DNA from: Candidatus Paracaedimonas acanthamoebae
GTDB lineage: Bacteria; Pseudomonadota; Alphaproteobacteria; Caedimonadales; Caedimonadaceae
Assembly (NCBI GenBank): GCA_000743035.1
Contig: CP008939.1
Location: forward strand, 60,001-92,000
DNA length: 32,000 bases
Direction of reading: 5' to 3'
Of the stretch, positions 17,708 through 27,900 are shown piece by piece. A program made the position numbers and the translations under genes. The notes beneath the pieces were generated by a model. The model ran no database searches. It was not told the DNA's origin and saw only the letters and a program-made list of their open reading frames with translations. Within the stretch, counting starts at the first letter, position 1. Each line of letters opens with the position of its first letter.

Positions 17708-17980
17708 TTACTTCCTTCTTACTTTATTTGTCTTCTTTTTTAAGCCTAACCTTTTTTCTGCAATTTTAAGGTTTGATTTACGTTCTTTCCGCAATTCTTC
17801 TTTTGTATACTCAGTTTCCTGAATCTCCAACTTATTAGGTTTTGATCCTTGTGCTATGGATTCAAGCTTTGGATAACCAGACTTTTGTAGGTCTTCAAGA
17901 TTTTCATATTTTTGCTCACTTGCTGAACCATCATTAATAGCAAATAAAGATAATACCGCTAATAAAAATAATTTGTTCAT
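17708..17980 (-). CDS. small secreted, highly charged protein with a lysine-rich tail
   Basis: Signal peptide MNKLFLLAVLSLFAINDGSA, an AAGGAAG RBS, and a position directly downstream of the protease gene on the same strand. Confidence 0.55.
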   Translation of the reverse strand: MNKLFLLAVLSLFAINDGSASEQKYENLEDLQKSGYPKLESIAQGSKPNKLEIQETEYTKEELRKERKSNLKIAEKRLGLKKKTNKVRRK

Positions 17981-18043
17981 TTGCTCTTCCTTTCATTTAA
18001 CAATAAAATGTTAAAAACTAATTTATGATAAAAAATAATTTAA

Positions 18044-19336
18044 TTAATAACAACCTTCTTCTTCTCCATCTTCTCCCGAAGTTATACAGCCAAATATTTT
18101 TACTTTTGTATTCTTAACTCTAAAAAGCGGGCCGCCACTCATTCCTTTTGCAGCAGGAGCCTCATGTAGGATTCTTCCATCCTTTAGAAGTGGCCTTTTT
18201 AAAACTCCTTTGTGATACTTAGGCAAAGCAGAGGTTATATGAAGTGGAGATAAGCCTATTTCCTTTATAAGAGAATAATTGGCATCTCCTTTAAATTTCC
18301 TTTTATTATAGTGTGAGCACCCTGGGTACCCTGCTGCAAAATAAGGCTTTCTTCTTTTTGTTATTTTGAAGGGGGTATCAGCTGTAATGGTATTAAACTT
18401 AATTCTCGTATTGTGACTATAAAGATGCGCTACTGTTTTAAATGTTCCAAAAATAATGTCTTCATTGCTCCAATATTGAGGATTGGTGGCATTTACATTA
18501 TTTCCTTCAATTATAGAAATAGGGTTTGTTCTTCTTTTAATACTGTAAAGATTAATTTCATATGAATTTGGATTTGTTCTTAAATATTGCATTAAGTTTT
18601 GTGCTGAATTGACAGGATTTATTTGGTCTTCTGGCAACCCTGTTATTGGATTGAGATGCTCATGAGCGACAAAATAAACACCGACTAAATGTTCATCATC
18701 TCCTGCTTCAAAAACATGGGCGCATGACATAACACCATTTAGTATATCACCATTTTTAATATTGGAAGGCTTCCCATTTGTGAGCTTAACCATTATACCA
18801 CTGCCAATATCCATGACATCCTCTGGTTCCTCCTCTTCTTGAGTTATGTGAAAAATCTTTCCTACAATGCTACTCAAAGAAGTTTGGACATTTTGTGGGA
18901 TGAGCGGGTGATTAAAACTTCCTCGCACCCCTCTTCTATTAAAAATTTGCACGTCAAGTCTTGCTAAATCCAGCCTATTATCTATTTCGTCTATGTGATC
19001 TTCAAAGTAAGGTACTAAAATAGGATGAACTTTATCTAACCTCTTTTTTAAATCTCTTAAAGTAGAGATGTACTCTGTCTGATCTCCAATATTATCCATA
19101 TCAACAGGGTCATAAATACGCTCTTTAAAATTTTCAGCACGCTCTTTTAATTCATCAAGATGCATATTTTTGCGCATTTTTTTGTAACTCTTCTGTAATT
19201 TTGCTTGAGGAGTATGTCTTGTTATGTGGCGTACTTTAGGTTTTGGGATATATTCCGTTAAGTCAATTGATCCATAAACACAAGTATTGAGTGAAAGAAA
19301 AATAAAAGACAAAGACATGAAAAAATGTATTTTCAA
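18044..19336 (-). CDS. secreted trypsin-like (S1 family) serine protease, third paralog
   Basis: The TTG start is preceded by GGAG. A signal peptide is present. The His motif is SCAHV and the Ser motif is GMSGGPLF. Confidence 0.75.
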   Translation of the reverse strand: MKIHFFMSLSFIFLSLNTCVYGSIDLTEYIPKPKVRHITRHTPQAKLQKSYKKMRKNMHLDELKERAENFKERIYDPVDMDNIGDQTEYISTLRDLKKRLDKVHPILVPYFEDHIDEIDNRLDLARLDVQIFNRRGVRGSFNHPLIPQNVQTSLSSIVGKIFHITQEEEEPEDVMDIGSGIMVKLTNGKPSNIKNGDILNGVMSCAHVFEAGDDEHLVGVYFVAHEHLNPITGLPEDQINPVNSAQNLMQYLRTNPNSYEINLYSIKRRTNPISIIEGNNVNATNPQYWSNEDIIFGTFKTVAHLYSHNTRIKFNTITADTPFKITKRRKPYFAAGYPGCSHYNKRKFKGDANYSLIKEIGLSPLHITSALPKYHKGVLKRPLLKDGRILHEAPAAKGMSGGPLFRVKNTKVKIFGCITSGEDGEEEGCY

Positions 19337-20063
19337 CTCAAGTTCTCCATACGCTAACTTATTTTATTTATAATTAAATAATTAGTAATTAAATCTCGGT
19401 TCTCAGGTATACTGCAATTAAGTACGATTGCAGGTTCTTTTAGGATAAATCATAACTATTTAATTACCTAGGCAACAAGAAATACATTTTAATTGCCTTA
19501 AAGTTAACTATAAATTTTAATAATTAGCCTGGAGTTAGTTTTCTGGTTCTACTCCAACTTTGAGATAAGGGAGTAGACTTGGAGACCAAATATAAGAAAG
19601 CTTTTTCACATATGCTTCGGGGTGCTGAAATATAAAACAGCCTTTAACCCTCAAACCCTTAAGAATAATACTTGATCCTTAACACAGTATCAAAACCGTA
19701 TTTTTACATAAAAATCTATATTTAAGCTAGGATGCCTGACTATTAGGCATCAAACAAGCCAAATTTTAATACCCTTAAGGGTATTCCCCTTACGAATATT
19801 TCCCTAATATTTTACAGCTAAATAATCTCGCATGATCAAGGTGTTACTGCAAGAGACCAAAAGTTTTGAGCAGCAACAAAATAAGAAGATCACGGTGATC
19901 TTCTTATGAAAGACCTAAGAGAGGCGGCTACCTCTCTCAGGTTTGTCAATAACACTGATGACAATGGAGATTATAATGATGGTACAAAATCTAAACAAGA
20001 TTAAAAGTGACCTTCCTCCCTATAATAGCTCCAGTTTTTAGTTAGTATAGCGAGATTGATTGA

Positions 20064-20354
20064 ATGGAGGAGGCTATTATGAAGAAGAGCTATGGAGCGG
20101 AGCAAATTATAGGGTTATTACGCCAGAGTAATGTTTTGTTATCTCAAGGCAAGAGTATCATTGAGGTGTGTCGTCAATTAGGGATCTCGGATGCAACTTA
20201 TTATAAATGGCGTAAGGTTTATGGGGGCTTGAAGGTTAATCAAGCAAGAAGGCTTAAGGAGCTTGAGCGAGAGAATGCTCGGTTAAAAAGAGCTGTTGCC
20301 GATCTTACTTTGGATAAGCTTATATTGAAAGAAGCTGCAGAGGGAAACTTTTAA
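20064..20354 (+). CDS. IS3-family transposase orfA (HTH plus leucine zipper)
   Basis: [24 protein letters not shown] and [27 protein letters not shown]. The canonical X XXY YYZ heptamer G GGA AAC lies at 20342-20348 in the orfA frame. Confidence 0.9.
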   Translation: MEEAIMKKSYGAEQIIGLLRQSNVLLSQGKSIIEVCRQLGISDATYYKWRKVYGGLKVNQARRLKELERENARLKRAVADLTLDKLILKEAAEGNF

Positions 20355-20386
20355 GCACCGAGCGACAGCGGCAATGTGCCATTAAG

Positions 20387-21268
20387 ATGCAACAGAAGTT
20401 TGGGATCTCCCAAAGGCGTGTCTGTGAGGTTTTGGAGATTCATCGTTCGGTGCTGAGATATTGCTCTAAACAAGAAGATGATGAGGAAGCGTTAAGAGCA
20501 GCTATTATTAGGTTAACAACTCGTTATGGAAGATATGGTTATCGTCGGATTCATGCTCTGCTTAAAATAGAAGGCTGGCATATCAATCATAAGAGGGTTG
20601 AACGTATTTGGCGAGAAGAAGGTCTTAAAGTACCACAAAGACAGTCCAAAAAAGGAAGACTCTATCTTAATGATGGTTCTTGTTTGAGGTTAAAACCTTG
20701 CTGGCCGAATCATGTTTGGAGTTATGATTTTGTGGCGGAACGCCTTGCAAATGGCAAAAAGATCCGACTTCTCACAGTCATAGATGAATATACAAGGAAA
20801 TGTTTAGCTATCAGGGTTGGGTATCACTTAACATCAAATGATATTCTCGATATCTTAAGTGATTTATTTATTCAAGAAGGGATCCCTGAGCATATTCGCT
20901 CCGATAATGGCAGTGAGTTTAAAGCCCAAATTCTTAAAGAGTGGCTCAAGAGCTTAAATGTTAAGACAGCTTACATAGAGCCAGGTTCACCTTGGGAGAA
21001 TGGCTACAATGAAAGCTTTAATGGAAAATTGAGAGATGAACTTCTCAATGGAGAAGTATTTTATAGTCTAAAAGAAGCTCAAGTGCTTATAGAAGAATGG
21101 CGGCAGCATTATAATCATATAAGACCTCACTCATCATTAGGATATAAACCTCCAGCTCCTCTTGCCCGCATCCGCTCTTCAAATACACAAACACAAAACC
21201 AAAAGATTCATACCTATAATAATGGAGGAAATACTAACCAAAATACAAACTTAAATCTGGATCTTTAA
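20387..21268 (+). CDS. IS3-family transposase orfB (DDE integrase core), probably expressed as an orfAB fusion by -1 frameshifting
   Basis: The DDE residues lie in [15 protein letters not shown] and [17 protein letters not shown]. The orfB frame is open from 20318 and reads GKLLSTE directly after a -1 slip on GGGAAAC. Confidence 0.9.
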   Translation: MQQKFGISQRRVCEVLEIHRSVLRYCSKQEDDEEALRAAIIRLTTRYGRYGYRRIHALLKIEGWHINHKRVERIWREEGLKVPQRQSKKGRLYLNDGSCLRLKPCWPNHVWSYDFVAERLANGKKIRLLTVIDEYTRKCLAIRVGYHLTSNDILDILSDLFIQEGIPEHIRSDNGSEFKAQILKEWLKSLNVKTAYIEPGSPWENGYNESFNGKLRDELLNGEVFYSLKEAQVLIEEWRQHYNHIRPHSSLGYKPPAPLARIRSSNTQTQNQKIHTYNNGGNTNQNTNLNLDL

Positions 21269-21299
21269 TCGGGGGCTGGACACCCCAAGCCGCACTCAT

Positions 21300-21479
21300 T
21301 GCCCCTCCATTTAAGAAGCCAAGATCTGTAAAAGAAAAGGTACAATGCTCCGTCACAAGGCCCTTATAGTTTCTTCCTGGAAAAAGATTCATTCAACTTT
21401 GGAATACATGTCTCCAAAAGAGTTTGAAAGAAGGGCGCTCACATTGGAAGAACCTGTCCTCTAAATCGGGTGAAGTCCA
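21300..21479 (+). pseudogene. 3' remnant of a different IS3-family transposase and its element end
   Basis: The translation ...WKKIHSTLEYMSPKEFERRAL... (stop at 21463-21465) matches the conserved IS3 C-terminus (R)IHS.L.Y.SP.EFE. Upstream frames are broken. The sequence ends ...TGAAGTCCA. Confidence 0.45.
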
Positions 21480-21554
21480 TGTTCTCTTCTTTCAATAACA
21501 TTAACCTATCTCAATTCTCTGCGTATGTTTTAATGTAGCAAGATCAGAATTAAA

Positions 21555-23240
21555 TTATAATATATCCTTCTTAAAATCGTAGTTTTTTAATAAGGTTTTT
21601 GCTATTGGCTTAATCTCTCTATATTGGCTTGCAGCAGCAAGCTTAAGGACTTCTAAAGCATCCTCTGAAGCATCGTCTAATTGAATATCTCTTTCTAAGA
21701 ACGGCTGAATTCTATGATAATTCAAGTTTTTTATTCTAGACATTTCTTCATGCACACCTTCGGTATTGGCCATTATCATAGCCTCAATAGTAGGTTTAGC
21801 TGCCCTTAGCAAAGAAGCACTTTTAGGTAAAGCTGAGCTAGAAGCTCCTGATGCTTTTCCAGTTCCTATCGAAACTAGCATCATATTTTCAACACTACAG
21901 TTAAAATGATTCATCATTCTATTATAAACTAATTGTGAAGGATTATTATACCATAGTCCGCCATCCACAAGATTCATTGCTCTAGTGCGTTTGATATTCC
22001 ATACTTCAGCTGCAGGGAAAAAAGTTGGAGCCGCAGAAGTTGCAAGTCCAACGTCAACAATTAAGAAATCATTATTGTCATCTGCAAGTGCTTCCAAGCT
22101 TTCAAAAGTCTGTGCTCTTTTAAAAAGTAGAGAATTGTCAACTGCATGAACTGCTGTTGTAAGGACAGGCTTAATAGCCTGGCTTAGACGCGCTTCGTAA
22201 AAGGAACTCTCTAATAAACCTCGTAAAGGAGCCGCAGAATAACGAGCTGACCAGAAAAGATCTTTAAACGTATAGAATGTGCTTGTTACTAGATCTAATT
22301 TTTTTTCCCTTGGGAAAATATTCTTGCTATGATTGTATAATAGCTCACTAAAATGATTAGCAGAATAGTAGGGGCTTTGATATTCTCCTATAGTTAGCCC
22401 TAGAGCTATAATCCCCCCAATCGATGTCCCTCCTATAAAATCAAATAATTCGGCTATTTTTTTACCTGTAACCCTTTCTATTTCTTCCAAGCAGAGACAA
22501 AGATTTAACCCTCTAATACCGCCCCCATCTAAGGACAGACCATAATAGAAGGGTCTCTCAAGGCTTTTAACACTATTTCTTCGAAAATCTAATTCCAGAT
22601 CTTCATATTCTTCTAAGATTTGGTCTCTTTGTTGGTGTGTTTTGTATTTTATTTGTCTCACAAGGGCAGTAGGATTAGCATCAATAGGGTTAGTCCCGAC
22701 CAATATTCTTTTCAAGTTTTCTATAGGAGAAATAAGAGAAGGACTTAAATAAGTCTCTATCTGTAGGCGCTGCTCTAAATTATCAAGGATGCTTTTGGTT
22801 TGATCTACCTCATCTTGACTAATAGTTATTATTTTTTCAGCATAATCTCTCACACGCAAGAGTTTCCTTTGTTGCTCTGCTTCTCTTTGTTGCCTATCAC
22901 TTTTTAAAAACATACTTTTTCTATAATATTCTTGAGTTTCCTTACGAAGCTCATTAAGTTTGCTTTGAAACTGTGCCTCTTTTTCTTTATCTTCTCTCTC
23001 TAACAGAGATATAGTTTTATGGTTTTCATCTAAAGCCATTTGGTATTGCTCTTCTAGCCTTTTTCGTTGGCCCTCAAGCTGCTCTAAGCTTGTATTTATA
23101 TTAAAGTAATTAATTGTTAAGTTAGGGCGATATGATTCAATATCCATCTTAGGCACTCCCGAAGATCTCGCAGGATGATATAAATTTAATATTATACATG
23201 GTAAAACCATACAATATTTAACAATATGAATATTTTTCAT
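21555..23240 (-). CDS. patatin-like phospholipase with signal peptide and a long N-terminal coiled-coil
   Basis: DGGGIRG, GGTSIGG and DGGLWYNNP are present. AGGAG lies 8 nt upstream of the ATG at 23240 (MKNIHIV...), which I prefer over the TTG at 23273. Confidence 0.88.
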   Translation of the reverse strand: MKNIHIVKYCMVLPCIILNLYHPARSSGVPKMDIESYRPNLTINYFNINTSLEQLEGQRKRLEEQYQMALDENHKTISLLEREDKEKEAQFQSKLNELRKETQEYYRKSMFLKSDRQQREAEQQRKLLRVRDYAEKIITISQDEVDQTKSILDNLEQRLQIETYLSPSLISPIENLKRILVGTNPIDANPTALVRQIKYKTHQQRDQILEEYEDLELDFRRNSVKSLERPFYYGLSLDGGGIRGLNLCLCLEEIERVTGKKIAELFDFIGGTSIGGIIALGLTIGEYQSPYYSANHFSELLYNHSKNIFPREKKLDLVTSTFYTFKDLFWSARYSAAPLRGLLESSFYEARLSQAIKPVLTTAVHAVDNSLLFKRAQTFESLEALADDNNDFLIVDVGLATSAAPTFFPAAEVWNIKRTRAMNLVDGGLWYNNPSQLVYNRMMNHFNCSVENMMLVSIGTGKASGASSSALPKSASLLRAAKPTIEAMIMANTEGVHEEMSRIKNLNYHRIQPFLERDIQLDDASEDALEVLKLAAASQYREIKPIAKTLLKNYDFKKDIL

Positions 23241-23257
23241 AATAATACTCCTAATTT

Positions 23258-23965
23258 CTATTGTAACAAGCAATTGCTTTTGTCATGCTCTTCAATTATT
23301 TTTTCTTTTGATTTTATCTCTTCCCTAAGATTATCAACTTCAACTTCTAACATTTTCGTGTGAACATTACTAAGTAACTTGCTAGCTTCAGTCTTTAAAA
23401 TTCGCATCATTTGTGATTGAATTCTCTTTTCTTGCTCTTCACATCTTGTTTTATACATCTCGAATTTCTTTTGATAAAATTTACAAGCATTTTCCATTTG
23501 CTCCCTTAAAAGAACTTGAAAATGAATTTGTTCTTCTTGCTCTTTTATATCTATGAATATATTCCTCTGCTTTAAAATACTTAATATAATTTTTGTCCTT
23601 TCCTCTTCGTAAGTTAATATAGATTTGAGCTGTTGTAGGTCGTATGTAAGTAATGTCTCAACATTTCGTTGTGTTGGGGTAAAATGATTTTCACTTATTT
23701 TTTGCTCAAGAATTTCTTGAGAGACACTTAACAATCTCGTCATCAAATCTTTTTTAATTCTTCTTAATTCTTCTTGATGATTGTCTTTTTTGCCCTTTAA
23801 GGGTTGTGAAGCCTGGTTTCGACCCCTATTTACCCAACGTCTGTGTTTCTGGCCAAATAATTCCAGTTCATCAGCCGGATTACTGGCTAATGAACTGAAA
23901 GACCAAAAACCATGAAGACATATACATATAAGGGCGCATTTAAGAATATTATATATTACCTTCAT
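23258..23965 (-). CDS. secreted coiled-coil protein
   Basis: Hydrophobic N-terminus (ALICICLHGFWSFSSLA) and an E/K/Q-rich heptad-like body. It sits 9 nt downstream of the preceding gene. Confidence 0.7.
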   Translation of the reverse strand: MKVIYNILKCALICICLHGFWSFSSLASNPADELELFGQKHRRWVNRGRNQASQPLKGKKDNHQEELRRIKKDLMTRLLSVSQEILEQKISENHFTPTQRNVETLLTYDLQQLKSILTYEEERTKIILSILKQRNIFIDIKEQEEQIHFQVLLREQMENACKFYQKKFEMYKTRCEEQEKRIQSQMMRILKTEASKLLSNVHTKMLEVEVDNLREEIKSKEKIIEEHDKSNCLLQ

Positions 23966-23974
23966 GACTATACC

Positions 23975-24694
23975 TTAATCTAACTCTTCAATACGAGGGC
24001 CTGATCTTGTAATTGATCCAATAGTTTTCTGAGGGGCCTCTATTGACAACATTCCCGAAAAATATTCTTGCATTTTCTTTTTCTCTTTGGCTTGACTCTC
24101 TCTATCTGCTGCTATTTGACCATAAATATCACCATCCTCAATTTTTCTCCCAAAAAGACCACTCCATAGAGTACCAACCATGCTTTCTTCTGATATTACC
24201 TTATCCATTTGCAACTTGCGTGCTTTCCGCATATTAGCAATTCTCTTACCTTCTACCTTTACCTCTGTTTCACTCAAAATGCTGATTACTTTTGCTTGTA
24301 TTTGTGCTGCCTCCATTTTGCTTTTGTTGAATGCTATTATTTTATCTTGTTCAATTTTATTACGAATTCCTTCAGTATTTATTTTTTGCTGCTGCAGCTC
24401 TTCTTCCCTTTTCTCTTCTCTATATTTTATTTCTTTAATTCTATCAGAAGCTAAAGCTGCTATCAGAGGAAGTTCGGCTTCTGTTTCCTTAATTTTTTTT
24501 ATAACGGCTAGTTTTTGAGCAAGTGCTTCAAGTTCTTTAATGTCATATTCCATATAAGATCTTGACTCTGTGCTTCTGGTTCTTGATTGGCTTCGATAAG
24601 ATTCTTCAGCTTCAGCATCAAAGTGTGAACTTGCAAATACTTGGCCAGTACCTAGTAGAATTGAAGTTGTAATCATTAAGTATTTTAATTTCAT
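23975..24694 (-). CDS. secreted coiled-coil protein
   Basis: AAGGAG RBS, signal peptide MKLKYLMITTSILLGTGQVFA, and a charged coiled-coil-like body. Confidence 0.7.
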   Translation of the reverse strand: MKLKYLMITTSILLGTGQVFASSHFDAEAEESYRSQSRTRSTESRSYMEYDIKELEALAQKLAVIKKIKETEAELPLIAALASDRIKEIKYREEKREEELQQQKINTEGIRNKIEQDKIIAFNKSKMEAAQIQAKVISILSETEVKVEGKRIANMRKARKLQMDKVISEESMVGTLWSGLFGRKIEDGDIYGQIAADRESQAKEKKKMQEYFSGMLSIEAPQKTIGSITRSGPRIEELD

Positions 24695-24800
24695 GTAATT
24701 CTCCTTAAATATGTGATAAACAAAAGAAGCTTTATGATGCTTCTTAATCAGGCATGCGCCTTATTAGGGTCAGACTACGTAAGAAAGCGAAAAACACCTA

Positions 24801-24845
24801 TAAGTACAATCTACTTAATTACAGCTTTTAAGTAGATTGTACTTA
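24801..24845. promoter_or_regulatory. perfect 18-bp inverted repeat with a 9-nt spacer in the divergent intergenic region; candidate operator (lux-box-like) or RNA hairpin
   Basis: TAAGTACAATCTACTTAA (24801-24818), then TTACAGCTT, then TTAAGTAGATTGTACTTA (24828-24845). A possible TAGACA-17 nt-TAAAGT promoter follows at 24849-24877. Confidence 0.45.
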
Positions 24846-24913
24846 AGGTAGACAGGCAGAAAAATATTTATTAAAGTTGAGCAAATAAACTTAGGCTAAG
24901 GGAGACCTATTTT

Positions 24914-27900
24914 TTGGTGCAAAATAAAACCTCAAACATTTTTGAGAGTTCCCTTAAAGACATCCTAGATTTTATTTATATCCATCAACTTCAAGTTTTG
25001 CATAATGTTCACTTTACTCGGCGAGAAATTGAAATCATTGCTTGTCTTATGAATGGAAGGCCCCCCAAAGGAATTGGCGCTTTACTCTCCCTCTCTCCTC
25101 GTACCATTGAAGTTCATATTTATAATATTTTTAAAAAGCTTGAGGTTAACTCCAAAGAGAGCCTTATCACGTTAATTGAAAAAACTTCACATATTTTTAC
25201 TCTTAAGAAGTTTTATCTTTATCTTTCTTGGCTAAAAGAATTCGAAAAAAATTTAGAAATTATAGCAAGACTTCCTTTTCATAAAGGTGCTGTTCAAATT
25301 GTTGGATGGAAGGAAGACATTTCAGACAGGGCTTATTTCTTAAAAGCCTTAGAAGAAACACTCAAACAAGCAGGCTTTATTACTTCCCTTGTTATAATAG
25401 ATGAGCCTTTTCCAAATATTAAATTCCAAAAGAATCAGCCTATACAAAGCCTTATTTACTTTCTTCCCATCCAAACTCTAAAAGGATTATTCAGTACAAA
25501 AGAACAAAAAGAGTTTTTAAGCGCTTCAAGCTCTTATTCATTAATAAGTGTTTATTTGCTTGAAGAAGGAATCCTTCCTTCTCCTTATCTTTCTGTCGAG
25601 TGCAAGCATTACCTTAATAGAAATGCTTTATTTTTGGATATCATTAAGTTGATTGCTAATCATGCAGATATCACTAAAATAACTGAATCCTTTATTGCTC
25701 ATACTCAATCAATTGAATCTCCCCCTTTTTTTTCTTCTACTATACCCTCTAGAAAAAACAAATCTGTTCTTTCCTCTTGGTTATCCATTAAGGGGTTTTC
25801 TTATTCTCTTCTAGGAGCTTTGGGTATAAGTTTAGCAGGGTTTTACTTTATTAAAGGCTTCTACCATGGGCCTTTAAAGCAGCGTCATAAGATAGAAATT
25901 CAATCAGAACTTCCAATTCCAACCCCTGCTTTTTTTTTAGAGCGCCCTGTTTTAATGGTTCATATGCATAAAAGCCTTAAAGGCCAAAAAGGAATTCAAA
26001 CTATAGCTCTTATTGGCATGGGGGGCATGGGTAAAACAACTCTTGCTCGCCACTATGCCCGCATTTATAAAGAATCTCTTGTGTGGGAACTCAATGCAGA
26101 AACCCCTGAAAATCTCTCTCGTTCTTTTGAAACCCTTGCTGAGAGCTTAATTCACACTGAAGAAGATAAAATCTTTCTCCAACAAATAAAAGATATTAAA
26201 GAAGATTATAAACGCTTAGAAAAAATGGTAGGTTTTGTCAAGCATCGCCTCAAACAACACCCTCATTGGATTTTAATTTACGACAATGTTGAACAATTCT
26301 CGGACATTAAGTATTACTTTCCTTATGATGCTACTTTATGGGGGCCTGGAAAAGTGATCCTCACAACGCGTAACAGCAATATTCAAAATTGCCTTTATAT
26401 TAATGCTCACCTTCAAATCCCAGCTTTAAATCCTGAAGAAAGAGAAGACTTATTCTCAAAGGTTCACAGCAGCTCAAAGGAGCAAACCTTAGAAGAACGC
26501 AAAGATTTAAAAGTATTTTTAGAACAAGTCCCCCCCTTTCCTCTAGATGTCACGCTTGCAGCTCAGTACTTAAAGAATACAAAAGCAAGCTATAATGAAT
26601 ATCTTGGGGCTCTTTATCATGATGAAGCTAATCTTTCCCAAAGCCATAAGGAGATCTTAACCTCATCTCAAAATTATCATCAAACCCGCTATAGTATTAT
26701 TAAACTTTCTATTGAAAAAATGCTACAAAAGCACCCTGATTTTAAAGATTTTCTTATCCTTTTAACACTCATTGATTCACAAGCAATACCGAAATTTTTG
26801 TTTGAAGGTTATAAAAGCAAAGATTTGGTTAATACTTTCATCCAAGATCTTCACCATTATTCTTTAATTAGTTATAATACTTCATCTCAAGGTCTTGCAA
26901 CATTCTCCATTCATCGCAGCACTCAAGAAATGATGCGCGCTTATTTATTAAAAAAGCTTAACTTAACTTTGAATGACCCCAGATTATATATACTTTCTGA
27001 GTTTCTTGAGAAGTTTATTTATGACACTGTCCTCGAAGAAGATTTTGCTAAAATAAGGAAACTAATGAACCATGGAGAGGCCCTTTTAAAGCACACAAAT
27101 TTGCTTACAGACGAGCAAAGAGGATATTTAGGGTGTCAGGTGTCAGGATTTTACCTTTTACTCAACATTTATTCTAAGGCAACTGAAACTTTAAATAAGA
27201 GCCTCAAGCTTTTAAAAAATGCTAAAAAAATAAAGCCTGAATGTCTTAAAATAGACTTAAGGAAAGCCAACATTCTTGTCTACAGAGGGATTGTTAAAAA
27301 GTGTTTAGGAGAGTATAAAGCTGCCTTAAGTGACGTACAAGCTGGTTTAGAGATTTATCGTACACTGTTTCCCACCCATTATATGAGGCTTTCTTGGACA
27401 CTTGAGCATTTAGGGGATGTAAGTCTATACTTAGGTCACTATAAAGATGGTGTTAATTATTTAAAAGAATCTGTGGCTCTTTTAAAAAACTATATGCCTA
27501 AGGATGACTTAAGAATCTCAACAAGCCTTATTAAGCTTGGCAAAGCTTATGTAGAAAATGGAGACTACCTCCTTGCAAAAAACTCTCTTGAAGAATCTTA
27601 CCATATACAAACTCAAAAGATTCTTAAAAAGCATTATCGTCTGATTAGTTGGAATTTAGGATTTCTCGGAAAAGTTTATAAAGCACTGGGCTATTATGAG
27701 AAAGCCCAAGAGCTCTTTCAACAAGGGAAAAAGCTTCATCAAATACATCTTCCTGATAATCATGATGATATTGCTTGGTTTTCTCTTCATATAGGAAACC
27801 TTTTAACAGAAATGGGAAGCTATCATGAAGCAGAAATTATGCTTAAAGAAGCTCTAGGAGAGTGCCAAAAGTATCTTCCACCTCAACACTCCTCAATCTT

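Larger units (their letters stand above)
20008..21282 (+). mobile_element. IS3-family element (IS407-like), apparently intact
   Basis: The IRs are TGACCTTCCTCCCTATAATAGCTCCAGTTTT (left) and the reverse complement of the right end, TGTCCAGCCCCCGATTAAAGATCCAGATTT. Length is 1275 bp. orfA and orfB are in a 0/-1 frame relationship. Confidence 0.8.

Noticed and set aside
24043-24518. Three plus-strand ORFs (64, 112 and 81 aa)
   Set aside because: They are antisense to the coiled-coil gene. The Phe/Leu/Ser-rich translations arise from the complement of the GAA/AAG-rich coding sequence.
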